Below are positions 38,994 to 47,671 of a stretch of DNA of 64,000 nucleotides, piece by piece. Under the pieces are notes generated by a model that saw only the letters and a list, made by a program, of their open reading frames with translations, had not been told where the DNA came from and ran no database searches. How positions within the stretch are numbered: position 1 is the stretch's first letter; each line of letters opens with the position of its first letter. The stretch comes from a virus. Made by a program: the position numbers and the translations under genes. Location of the stretch: IMG/VR virus record IMGVR_UViG_3300042332_000818, positions 32,001 to 96,000 of that record, one strand, 5' to 3'.

Positions 38994-40111
38994 GAAAGTT
39001 TATTTTAAGTCTAATTTTTATACTGTCGGTATCAATCCAGACGTATTCTCAAACTATTACCCTGACTCCAATTGGAACTCAAGATGTTAGTGGTATACCG
39101 GTTACTGTAGACCATTATGTCACTACAGCTAATGGTACTACATCTGTAAAAATATATAGAACTCACTACGGAAACGGCAACACTTCTCAGTATGCAATAT
39201 ATCCTGGTACTCGTACTGAGATGAATAAGCTGTTTAATACTGCTTATGCTGCTACAACTTTATGGTGGAGTGGTAATATGAGTGCTAACTCTTCTTTAAA
39301 CTTCTATCAATTTACTACACTTACTAATGCTGGAGCTAGTGTACCTCCTAATGGGGATTACTATGCCACCGAAGTAACGTTCACTTTTGTTGCTGCAGAA
39401 ACAGGGACCTATTCTTTTGGTCTTACCTCTGATGATGGTTCTGATCTAGCAATAAACGGAACCTCTGTAGTAGAATGGTATGGTGGCAAGGGTACCGGAC
39501 AGTATAAATATGGTAACTATTCAATGGTTGCAGGAACTCAGTATACAGTGGTAGCTCGCATGCAAGAATACGGTGGAGGAGACGGACTAGTATTGGTATG
39601 GAGAAGACCATCACAAGGTTCTTGGTCTTTACAATTATCAGAGATTGGTGTTACCTCTAGTTCTTGGGTGAGTCAGGGGACCAAGAATACAAATGCTTCC
39701 GGACAAGTATCATGGACTAATTCTTCTAACTGGCCTTATAGAGTGACGGTAGATGTCACTAATAATTATCATACTCTTACAGATGCGGATATGAACTATC
39801 TCATGTATAAGAAGGCAGGATTATCTCCACTGCAATCATGGGACTTCTATACTTGCGATATAAATAATTCTACTGTGTTTGATTATGATGATATAGTTTT
39901 TGGATATGTCATCTGGTCCCAAGGTCATCTACACAATAAGTATATTTTTACTAAAGCTCAGCGAGATGCTATAATTACATCACCGTCTACAAATTTTTAT
40001 ACTACTTACTTCCCTGTTCAAACATTGATTGTGGAAAATCAAAATCTGTTTTACATAATGGGGACAGGTAAACATCAAACTACTATTAATAACTTAAATA
40101 GAATACAATGA
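38990..40111 (+). CDS. Secreted PA14-domain protein with degenerate dockerin-like tail
   Basis: Signal QTYS|Q. PA14 signature 'ETGTYSFGLTSDDGSDLAING...QEYGGGDGLVLVW'. C-terminal 'LTDADMNYL...CDINNSTVFDYDDI'. Confidence 0.8.
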   Translation: MRKFILSLIFILSVSIQTYSQTITLTPIGTQDVSGIPVTVDHYVTTANGTTSVKIYRTHYGNGNTSQYAIYPGTRTEMNKLFNTAYAATTLWWSGNMSANSSLNFYQFTTLTNAGASVPPNGDYYATEVTFTFVAAETGTYSFGLTSDDGSDLAINGTSVVEWYGGKGTGQYKYGNYSMVAGTQYTVVARMQEYGGGDGLVLVWRRPSQGSWSLQLSEIGVTSSSWVSQGTKNTNASGQVSWTNSSNWPYRVTVDVTNNYHTLTDADMNYLMYKKAGLSPLQSWDFYTCDINNSTVFDYDDIVFGYVIWSQGHLHNKYIFTKAQRDAIITSPSTNFYTTYFPVQTLIVENQNLFYIMGTGKHQTTINNLNRIQ

Positions 40112-40527
40112 ACCCCATTTTGATAATGTGCTTTTACGTTGCTAGCGTAAGCTCTCAAGATAATCTAGCAGGTATTGATAACCAGAAGTTCACTTTTGGT
40201 CTCAAGCAAATGACTGAAGATATTCTTCTACAACAAGGAAATCCTTTGTGTGATCAGTCTTCAGAAGGTGCAAGTCCGGTGTATGTAACAGTCACTGACA
40301 TCAAAGCTCCAACTCAAGGTATACGTCTAGGTCCGTTTGAATTTAAACAAAAGAAAACCATCGTAGAGGTAGACATTGCAATTGGTTCTAAAGTCTATCA
40401 CGGAGTAGGAAAAGCTAATACAAATGTTGCTGCAACCATGATGCAGCTTCAGGATGAAAACCTTGCATTTGAAAGAACAGAATTTTCTGTTGCTGTTAAG
40501 AAGGCAATAGTTGATGCTCTGGACTAA
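40108..40527 (+). CDS. Small alpha/beta protein, possibly a CsgG/LptE-fold paralog
   Basis: The pattern 'FGLKQMTEDILL...VYVTV...VEVDI...GVGKA...FSVAVKKAI' parallels the topology of the CsgG-like ORF. It is the last gene of the cassette. Confidence 0.45.
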   Translation: MNPILIMCFYVASVSSQDNLAGIDNQKFTFGLKQMTEDILLQQGNPLCDQSSEGASPVYVTVTDIKAPTQGIRLGPFEFKQKKTIVEVDIAIGSKVYHGVGKANTNVAATMMQLQDENLAFERTEFSVAVKKAIVDALD

Positions 40528-40548
40528 ATTTCGTATATTTTATATAGG
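40528..40548 (+). promoter_or_regulatory. Putative phage late promoter (ATTTCGTATATTTTATATAGG) for holin-endolysin
   Basis: Near copy of the 34381 motif. Confidence 0.55.
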
Positions 40549-40571
40549 ACCAACAATCAAAACCAACAGTC

Positions 40572-40835
40572 ATGTTTAATCAATTAAAGAAGAAGTTTAT
40601 GGCTTTTTGGGATATTTTCAAGGACAATAATGAGTGGAACGAGAAGACTATTGTTGGTTTCTTGTCATTCGCTGTAATGAGCATTACAGCTATTGCCGAT
40701 GTAGTAACAGGTATTATGGGCAAAGAGCTCATCATCTCTGATACAATTTTTAATTCGTTTGTAATAATCACACTGGGAGCTTTCGGTATTGCTGAAGCTG
40801 GAAAGATCTTCGGTGGTAAAAAAGAAGAAGAATGA
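40572..40835 (+). CDS. Putative holin
   Basis: 87 aa with two transmembrane segments and a charged C-terminus, overlapping the endolysin start. Confidence 0.65.
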   Translation: MFNQLKKKFMAFWDIFKDNNEWNEKTIVGFLSFAVMSITAIADVVTGIMGKELIISDTIFNSFVIITLGAFGIAEAGKIFGGKKEEE

Positions 40836-41446
40836 GTCTAAAGAGTCTACAAACCAAAGCGGGTGTTACGGCAGATGGAGCATTTGGTCCGGGCACTCTA
40901 AAAGCAGGAATGGCTTACTACAAGTTTACACCTGAACGTGCTGCACATTTCTTTGCACAAACAGCTCACGAGACCGGAGGCTTTAAAGCTTTCTCTGAGA
41001 ATCTGAACTACGGTGCTAAAGGATTGCTTGGTATTTTTAAAAAGTACTTCCCTACAGAAGCTCTAGCTGCTCAGTATGAGCGTAAGCCAGAGAAGATTGC
41101 AAACCGTGTGTATGCATCTCGTATGGGTAATGGTGATGAAGCATCTGGTGACGGATGGAAGTACCGTGGACGTGGTGCTCTGCAATTGACCGGTAAGTCT
41201 AACTACCAAGCATTTGCTGATTACTTGAAGAAGCCAGAGATCATGACTAACCCTGATCTGGTTGCTACTGAGTATGCATTTGAATCTGCTATCTTCTTCT
41301 TTGATCGTAATAAGTTGTGGGATATCTGTGATAAAGGTGTAAACAACGACACTATTCTTGCTCTTACAAAGAGAATCAATGGAGGTACTCACGGTCTAGA
41401 GGATCGTAAAGAAAAAACCCTGAAGTACTACGGATGGGTAAAGTAA
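40832..41446 (+). CDS. Endolysin, glycoside hydrolase family 19, with short N-terminal PG-binding motif
   Basis: Motifs 'AHFFAQTAHETGGF...ENLNY', 'YRGRGALQLTGKSNY' and 'TKRINGGTHGLEDR'. N-terminal 'ADGAFGPGT'. Confidence 0.92.
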   Translation: MSLKSLQTKAGVTADGAFGPGTLKAGMAYYKFTPERAAHFFAQTAHETGGFKAFSENLNYGAKGLLGIFKKYFPTEALAAQYERKPEKIANRVYASRMGNGDEASGDGWKYRGRGALQLTGKSNYQAFADYLKKPEIMTNPDLVATEYAFESAIFFFDRNKLWDICDKGVNNDTILALTKRINGGTHGLEDRKEKTLKYYGWVK

Positions 41447-41456
41447 AGTACATTTT

Positions 41457-41497
41457 GAGGGGACTCCTACGTGCTACGTTGGAGTTCCTCTCTTTTC
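41457..41497 (+). terminator. Intrinsic terminator after the endolysin
   Basis: GAGGGGACTCC...GGAGTTCCTC hairpin followed by TCTTTT. Confidence 0.65.
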
Positions 41498-41522
41498 ATT
41501 AACCTTTTAATTAAACCAACTT

Positions 41523-41666
41523 ATGGCAAAGATTAAAGCTCAATCGGCTGCTACTTTTAAACCAAGAGTTCCGAAAAGCCGTCCTGGTGTTCACTCTAAG
41601 ACTAAAACTTCAGTATTGAAGAGTTCTAGAAATTACAAGAAATCTTATAGAGGTCAAGGTAAATAA
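41523..41666 (+). CDS. Small, very basic protein (47 aa, ends KKSYRGQGK), absent from the ORF track
   Basis: Translated by hand: MAKIKAQSAATFKPRVPKSRPGVHSKTKTSVLKSSRNYKKSYRGQGK. Confidence 0.7.
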   Translation: MAKIKAQSAATFKPRVPKSRPGVHSKTKTSVLKSSRNYKKSYRGQGK

Positions 41667-41779
41667 TGGCAAAGGCACATAAAGAGGTTCCAAAACCTAC
41701 AAATAGGAAGACAGTTCTGCTAAGAAATAGAAGAATTCAGTCTAACTTAGAGGTCTTAAAAAGACTTCAAGAAAAATAA
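41666..41779 (+). CDS. Small basic protein (37 aa), absent from the ORF track
   Basis: TAATG-coupled to the previous ORF: MAKAHKEVPKPTNRKTVLLRNRRIQSNLEVLKRLQEK. Confidence 0.55.
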   Translation: MAKAHKEVPKPTNRKTVLLRNRRIQSNLEVLKRLQEK

Positions 41780-41784
41780 CCCAG

Positions 41785-42468
41785 ATGCAAAGAGATTATA
41801 ATGATGAGGTGTTTCAAGCAAAGAGACGCCCCAAGAATCCTATTAAGTTTAATATCCAGCTTAATGAAGAACAGAAAATCGCTAAAGAGATTATACTTGC
41901 AAATCCTGTTACGGTTCTTAAGGGTATGGCAGGAAGTGGTAAAACTTTGGTTGCTGTTCAAACTGCACTGGACCTTTTATTCACTAAACAAGTCGAAAAG
42001 ATTATCATCACGAGACCAACAGTGGCTAAAGAAGACATTGGCTTCCTCCCAGGAGACATCAAAGAAAAAATGGACCCGTGGCTTGCACCAATCTACCACA
42101 ACCTCTATCTCCTCTACTCAAAAGAAAAGATTGACAAAGAAGTAGAAGAAGGTAGAATTGAGATCTTACCATTTGCTTTTATGCGGGGTAGAACGTTTGT
42201 TAATGCTTTTGTTATTGTAGACGAAGCACAGAACGTTACTCACACACAAATGGAGATGGTACTTGGTCGTCTTGGTAAAGGTAGCTGGATGTCTATATGT
42301 GGAGACCTTGCTCAGGTAGACCTTAAGAATAAAAAAGAAACCGGGTTTTCTTTTCTCTCTAGGGTAGAAGAACAAGTGAAAGGTGTGCGGGTAGTTGTGC
42401 TCAAGCAGAATCACCGGCACCCAATAGTAGAACCTATTCTAGAAGTATATCAAACATTTAGAGATTAG
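41785..42468 (+). CDS. phoH: PhoH-family ATPase
   Basis: Motifs GMAGSGKT, IGFLPG, FMRGRTF, IVDEAQN, GDLAQVD and HRHPIV. Confidence 0.95.
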   Translation: MQRDYNDEVFQAKRRPKNPIKFNIQLNEEQKIAKEIILANPVTVLKGMAGSGKTLVAVQTALDLLFTKQVEKIIITRPTVAKEDIGFLPGDIKEKMDPWLAPIYHNLYLLYSKEKIDKEVEEGRIEILPFAFMRGRTFVNAFVIVDEAQNVTHTQMEMVLGRLGKGSWMSICGDLAQVDLKNKKETGFSFLSRVEEQVKGVRVVVLKQNHRHPIVEPILEVYQTFRD

Positions 42469-42475
42469 GAAAATG

Positions 42476-42508
42476 AAAAGAGAGGGCTATTAACCCTCTC
42501 TTTTTTTT
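42476..42508. terminator. Bidirectional intrinsic terminator at the convergence of the two gene blocks
   Basis: AAAAGAGAGGG-CTATTAA-CCCTCTCTTTTTTTT, with T tracts on both strands. Confidence 0.85.
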
Positions 42509-42540
42509 CCTCCATACGGAGTGTGCATGGCATGCAATAA

Positions 42541-42608
42541 GGGGGTAGACCCGGGCCCAACTGAGCCGTTCCTCAGATACGGAAGGGCCCTTTTTAAGGT
42601 CTACCTTT
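42541..42608 (+). ncRNA. Candidate structured RNA element (unassigned)
   Basis: Nested stems GGTAGACC/GGTCTACC, GGGCCC/GGGCCC and CTGAG/CTCAG. GC-rich intergenic sequence. Confidence 0.4.
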
Positions 42609-42774
42609 AGATGTTATTCTTCTTATTTTTATTGTAATAGAACTGACGCTTTTGCTTTTGTCTTAGATCTTCAAACTCTTCTTTCAAAGTTTTGAGATCT
42701 TTCTTTACATTGAGTAAGATACCCAAATATACAACAGCAAGGATAAAGCCAACAACGGCTAATGCAATTTCCAT
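42607..42774 (-). CDS. Small membrane protein (55 aa), absent from the ORF track
   Basis: MEIALAVVGFILAVVYLGILLNVKKDLKTLKEEFEDLRQK...: an N-terminal TM helix plus a coiled coil. Confidence 0.6.
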   Translation of the reverse strand: MEIALAVVGFILAVVYLGILLNVKKDLKTLKEEFEDLRQKQKRQFYYNKNKKNNI

Positions 42775-42776
42775 AA

Positions 42777-43112
42777 TTATTTATTTATTTGAATTCTTTC
42801 TTTCAACATTGCTTCAATAAGAATCATGTAGTTGATGACATCGCCAAACTTTTCATCAATCAGTTTGTCTGTAAGATGATCTTCTTTGCCGCTATCAACC
42901 TCTCTAATAAGAGCACGTACCGATTGAATGTGTTTGGTAACGTAACCCCAAGCAATAGCCTCTCTGGTATTAGCTAAACCAATAGAAACACCTTCTTCAA
43001 AGTTTTCAAAGGCTCCTAAGTTGTAAGAATACTCATCACCTTTTGCTTGTAGCACATTAGAGGTTCGTTCTTTAACGAAGTCAACGTAATTAGAAAAGTC
43101 TTTTCTGTTCAT
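42777..43112 (-). CDS. All-helical nucleotide-modification-associated (DUF1599/MazG-like) protein
   Basis: Pattern 'KGDEYS...FENF...KH...EKFGDVINYMIL'. Confidence 0.55.
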   Translation of the reverse strand: MNRKDFSNYVDFVKERTSNVLQAKGDEYSYNLGAFENFEEGVSIGLANTREAIAWGYVTKHIQSVRALIREVDSGKEDHLTDKLIDEKFGDVINYMILIEAMLKERIQINK

Positions 43113-43178
43113 GATTTAAAGTTTTGAGTTTGGTAACCGCCCCCGGATACCAGGGACGGTCACACAAACAACCCAAAG

Positions 43179-44126
43179 TTAGAAATTCAACCAGTCTAAA
43201 TCATCATCTTCCTCAGTTTTATTTTCTTGTTGAACATTTTCAATAGAATCTTCAACAAAAACTGATTCAGTGGTAATTTCTTCTTGTTCAAGAATAGTAT
43301 CTACTTCTTGATCAAGCTGCTGAAACTCTTCAACCAACTGAGTATCATCACCCTCCGGTACAACTACTGCTTGAACGTTCACAGGTGCAGCTGCCGTAGA
43401 AGTTAGATAATTCTTAGTGATCATTTCATGAAGCTTGTAGTGAGCTTCATCAAAGGTCATTGGGTGCTCTTCTTTAAGAGCATGGGTAACGTGGTTGTAG
43501 AAGTGCCACAGTGAGTTCTTATCACCTGAATACGTGTAAGCAGGAGCTTTAATCTGCTGCTTTACGATATTCATCTGTACACTACCAACAACATCATCCA
43601 TGAAAAGACGGCCGAGCAATTCATTAATCTCAGCATTGCTAAGACTACGATCAATCATACTGTTCTTATCTTGGACCATCTTAGCAAAGACATTAGAAGC
43701 CATTTTGAATTGTTCTTCAATCTGATCTACCATCTCTACATAAGCTGTATTACCCTTCTTGGCACTACCAATATGCTTACGAGAATACTTGCTGTAGTCT
43801 GCAGTGAGCATACCGTTTAGACAAACGCTAACATAAGTGCCCATTCCACAAGAGAATCTACGCATCTTATTGTAGCTGTTAGTCCAAGCAAACATCAACT
43901 TGATGTCTGGATCGTTACCATAGTTTAGAAAGTACTGACCGGTGGCAATGTTACCACCTGCAGTAGTTCTGTAAACAGAATCAACAATGTCAATTCCGTG
44001 AGCAGCAGCCTGACGTTTTACTTCACTGATGATTTGAGTGTAAGTAATTGGTGCATACCGCTTACCGTGATTGGGGATTGTAACGGTAGCAAGTTCTTGC
44101 TCCGTCACACTAGGAATTTTCTTCAT
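43179..44126 (-). CDS. DUF932-like protein with acidic tail
   Basis: Likely ATG at 44126. Motifs 'AWTNSYNK...VCLNGM' and 'SLWHFYNHVT'. Confidence 0.6.
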   Translation of the reverse strand: MKKIPSVTEQELATVTIPNHGKRYAPITYTQIISEVKRQAAAHGIDIVDSVYRTTAGGNIATGQYFLNYGNDPDIKLMFAWTNSYNKMRRFSCGMGTYVSVCLNGMLTADYSKYSRKHIGSAKKGNTAYVEMVDQIEEQFKMASNVFAKMVQDKNSMIDRSLSNAEINELLGRLFMDDVVGSVQMNIVKQQIKAPAYTYSGDKNSLWHFYNHVTHALKEEHPMTFDEAHYKLHEMITKNYLTSTAAAPVNVQAVVVPEGDDTQLVEEFQQLDQEVDTILEQEEITTESVFVEDSIENVQQENKTEEDDDLDWLNF

Positions 44127-44127
44127 T

Positions 44128-46125
44128 TTAAAATAAAAGTGAAAGTTGAGAACCACGAGCACTTTCTATTTCTCTCGTAATTCTCTGTAAGTAATACTTA
44201 TAATTGATATCATACTCCTCAAAAGGCTTTTCTTCGTACTGGTTAAATACAGTAACGACCCAAGAGCCGGCATCAACACTGATGATTTTACCCGTCTCTT
44301 TATGCATTTTATGCATTTTGCAACCTTTATTGGATAAATAGTAACGAGTGATCTTGTGCATGTTCTGCACAGTCTCCTTACCATTTTCTACACAAACAAT
44401 CTGTACAGCGTACGTACTGTTTGCTTTTACTCCACCGCAGAAATCATAAATGTTCTTATTAGTCATTATATAATCTTCGGGAAGTACATCGTGCACAAAG
44501 TAATTGTAAACAGCTTTTGATATCACAAGATGTGATTTGTTCTTGTGAAGAGCTAGATTAGAAAATTCAAATCTACCCTTGCACTTAGTAGCTGCATATG
44601 CAAACCCTTCAGGGAGAACCTTATAGACATAATCCGGATTAGATTCTTTCATCTTCTTCCAGGAGTCATGATCTATAAACTTCCAATCATATACTGCTAT
44701 GTAGTTGTTTACATCCGCTAAGATTAGCTTCTGGTACTTATCGTGTTCAAGTTGGAGATTAGTAATCTTCTCCCACTCTGCACATACCTGCATGTATATA
44801 TCTACTTTGTCTCTAGGTATGATTGTCTCAAGACCATCTGTGTTTTGCATCAGAGGTATAGACTCTGGAATTGCAACGGATATCATCTCGTACAGCATAG
44901 TTAGACTAAGCTGACCGTTGATGGTAATCTTCATTGTAAGTTCCGGATCATACAGGAAACTGTGCTTATCATTACTCAAACCATAGGTAGAGTTTAGAAT
45001 AAGCTTATAGACATAGTTTAGCGGATCTTTCTTAGGTATCTTCTTTCTCTCTTCAAAGAACCATTCATACTGCTCACTAAAAGCTTGAGCATCTAAGTGA
45101 CCCGGAGACCACTTATTACGAATAGCTAGATTTGGATAGAAAGATGTTACGTCAGAAGTCATGATGATTAAATCACTGGTGGATTCATATACACCACTTG
45201 CACGACAACCGTGAATGCCACCAAGACCATAGTCAGTCTTGACACCATTATTCAAAATACTATGTTTGAAACCGTTCTTAGTGTTTTCTGGATCAATGAT
45301 TACCGTTTTGAACTTCTCAAGCACCGCTTTGAATATTGGTGTTTGAAACTGTACATAGGGTAAGATGATATCATTAACTCTAATTAGGGTTCTCTTCTGA
45401 GTCGGAAGAGCTTTGACATCTTTGGGATGCATCTTAAGCTTCTGACCCAAGAAGTATGCAAACAACTCCTTACTGATTCTTGGTTCTGAAGCACTCAATA
45501 GATTCACCTTGTAAGTTCTACTCAAGTTCATACGAAGCTTGATTAGATCTTTACTTAACAGAACAATCTTTTTGGTTGACTTGACATCGTTTACACAATA
45601 CTTCAAGGTCTCTCTGATTTGATCTCCTGTATCTATTAGAGCATTAAAGGATATGCTTGACTCTTTGATATTGTACCAGTCCATTGTATACTGGATCCAT
45701 TTAAGAGAAGAACTCTTTGCAGGATTATCCCAGTGATTCAATTTAAATACATCAATCTGTTTTAAAGTCTGCTTAAACTCAGGATACGGAGTTCTAAACC
45801 CCGGATTATCCTGACCGTGTATAAGAGCATTTGAAAACATCCAAGCTTCACGGCATATCTCTATTGGCTTCTTGCTTAAGAAGTCAGCTTCATTTTGAAT
45901 TAGAAACTCAATTACCTGAGAATCGTAAGATAGATTGTTAAAGCCGAAGAATATACTACCAGCTTTACCTTCTTGCTTAAGGAACTTTATCATGTCATCG
46001 TAATCATTACGATAACTAGGGTGAATCATGTAAGTTATTACATCATCATCCTCAACTCCTTCAAGAACAATACAAAAGAAGTTTTCAAATACTTCAATGT
46101 CATAAACCCAAAACTTCTTTTTCAT
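44128..46125 (-). CDS. polB: DNA polymerase, family B (crAss-type)
   Basis: Exonuclease motifs YDIE and FNNLSYD. Polymerase motifs SDVTSFYPN, KLILNSTYG and QNTDG. Confidence 0.92.
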   Translation of the reverse strand: MKKKFWVYDIEVFENFFCIVLEGVEDDDVITYMIHPSYRNDYDDMIKFLKQEGKAGSIFFGFNNLSYDSQVIEFLIQNEADFLSKKPIEICREAWMFSNALIHGQDNPGFRTPYPEFKQTLKQIDVFKLNHWDNPAKSSSLKWIQYTMDWYNIKESSISFNALIDTGDQIRETLKYCVNDVKSTKKIVLLSKDLIKLRMNLSRTYKVNLLSASEPRISKELFAYFLGQKLKMHPKDVKALPTQKRTLIRVNDIILPYVQFQTPIFKAVLEKFKTVIIDPENTKNGFKHSILNNGVKTDYGLGGIHGCRASGVYESTSDLIIMTSDVTSFYPNLAIRNKWSPGHLDAQAFSEQYEWFFEERKKIPKKDPLNYVYKLILNSTYGLSNDKHSFLYDPELTMKITINGQLSLTMLYEMISVAIPESIPLMQNTDGLETIIPRDKVDIYMQVCAEWEKITNLQLEHDKYQKLILADVNNYIAVYDWKFIDHDSWKKMKESNPDYVYKVLPEGFAYAATKCKGRFEFSNLALHKNKSHLVISKAVYNYFVHDVLPEDYIMTNKNIYDFCGGVKANSTYAVQIVCVENGKETVQNMHKITRYYLSNKGCKMHKMHKETGKIISVDAGSWVVTVFNQYEEKPFEEYDINYKYYLQRITREIESARGSQLSLLF

Positions 46126-46679
46126 ATATTGAGTATTAGTTTTTTGACTTGAAGTGTTTCCTTCTCTATGTCAACTGGTGGACAGAGCTCACCAACATCA
46201 ACGAGAACATCTTTATCTACACCTAGTAGTTCTGCATATCTACCAAAGTAGAAGTCAGGGTATAGATAACTGTTCACATGATGGAATCCAATGTTCTTTA
46301 TGTCCTTAGATTTAAAGAACTGCACAATAACTTGCTTGAAGTCTTCAGATAGAGTTGAATACTTGCCGGCAAGGAACTTGATAAAGTCTTCATTAAACCT
46401 ATTGTAGTTGAATACAAATAGACCTGTATTGTCCTCTAGTAAATGAAAGTTGCTAAACATTTCATTACCAAGAAGATACTTGTTCTCAAATTTATAAAAC
46501 TCATCAGTTGTCTGAAGAGTATACACGCACAAGAACTTTTTATCTGCAGGATAGATTCCCTCAGCCCAAGCAACATAAGTACCTATAGGAACATACTTGT
46601 GTCCTTTTGGGATCTTTAAGAGAGGATACAAGAATACCTTAGATTTTTGAAAGTATTCTTTCCGCAGGCTTTCAATCAT
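46122..46679 (-). CDS. Hypothetical protein adjacent to the polymerase
   Basis: 185-aa ORF coupled to its neighbours by overlapping start and stop codons. Confidence 0.7.
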   Translation of the reverse strand: MIESLRKEYFQKSKVFLYPLLKIPKGHKYVPIGTYVAWAEGIYPADKKFLCVYTLQTTDEFYKFENKYLLGNEMFSNFHLLEDNTGLFVFNYNRFNEDFIKFLAGKYSTLSEDFKQVIVQFFKSKDIKNIGFHHVNSYLYPDFYFGRYAELLGVDKDVLVDVGELCPPVDIEKETLQVKKLILNI

Positions 46680-47635
46680 GACAATACAAATATACCAGTT
46701 CTAAATTTGTATGGTCTATTGTAGTCTTCATTTTCAATGTGATATGTTGCAACCCGAATAGCTTTTTCTAGCTCATCATGATTATGAGACATTAGAGCAC
46801 TGCTAATCGGGAAGAAACAAAAATCATCATACTTATCTATTACAAAAAACTCAAACTCAAGCTTGTAACTTCTGTATTCTTGCATTGAGGGATCACCCAT
46901 TGCTAGAACAACATAGACAGCACTCTGCAATCCATAGTTGTAGAAGTTGTAAGTATCAGGATAAAAGTCATTAAGAGCTTTACTGGTTGTCTTAATGTCA
47001 ATGATTCGGATAATCTTGTTCTTGTTATCAATAACAATTCTATCCGGAATACCACGTAGGGTAACACCAGGATACTTCTTGAGCTCAACCTGCAGCATCT
47101 TTTGTGTAATGACTTCATAGTTAAAGTCAGAACCATTGAGCCTTAGTCTATCGGATGCAAGAGCATCAGCTTTAACCATGTCTGCTCTTGCTTTGTTTCT
47201 TTCAAGAGTCTCCATATCAATTACAATCTTACCTTCAGACTCACACAAGAACTTAAAGTAGTTCTTAGCATCATCAGTTAAGATCTTCTCTAGACGTTGA
47301 GCATCAGTCTTCAATGACTGGTGAAGATTGATCTCTCTAAGAATCTCAAGGATATCCTCACTGTAAGCAGATAGATCATTAGAGACATGCTCTTCATCAC
47401 GTTGCTTATAGATTCGGTAAACAAGCTTCTTAGTGCTTTCTGTAGGAATTACACCTGGCACAATAGCAAACTTGTCTTCAATCTTCTGATCAGTTAGGTA
47501 AGCATCTACGATACTACCATCTACTGCCCAAGAATCAACAGACTCTTCTCTTTCACCAAGAATATAGTGTTTGTAATAAAGTTTAGGGGAAAACAACATT
47601 TTGTTAAGCCCTGAATAACTGAGAGTTACTTTCAT
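46676..47635 (-). CDS. PD-(D/E)XK exonuclease (RecE/Cas4-like)
   Basis: Motifs 'LSYSGL' and 'LRGIPDRIVID...IIDIKTT...YGLQSAVY'. Confidence 0.8.
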   Translation of the reverse strand: MKVTLSYSGLNKMLFSPKLYYKHYILGEREESVDSWAVDGSIVDAYLTDQKIEDKFAIVPGVIPTESTKKLVYRIYKQRDEEHVSNDLSAYSEDILEILREINLHQSLKTDAQRLEKILTDDAKNYFKFLCESEGKIVIDMETLERNKARADMVKADALASDRLRLNGSDFNYEVITQKMLQVELKKYPGVTLRGIPDRIVIDNKNKIIRIIDIKTTSKALNDFYPDTYNFYNYGLQSAVYVVLAMGDPSMQEYRSYKLEFEFFVIDKYDDFCFFPISSALMSHNHDELEKAIRVATYHIENEDYNRPYKFRTGIFVLS

Positions 47636-47647
47636 AAATAAAGAGTT

Positions 47648-47671
47648 AAAAGGGGTAGATTACTCTACCCC
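47648..47671 (-). terminator. Intrinsic terminator
   Basis: The minus strand reads GGGGTAGA-GTAA-TCTACCCC-TTTT (GNRA loop). Confidence 0.7.

Noticed and set aside
34445-40527. Canonical curli (csg) operon
   Set aside because: No curlin-repeat CsgA/CsgB and no recognisable CsgE/CsgF. Only the CsgG-like fold is shared.
42560-42585. CTGAGGA on the - strand, resembling a hammerhead core (CUGANGA)
   Set aside because: There is no downstream GAAA and stem II arrangement, so it is kept only as an unassigned structure.
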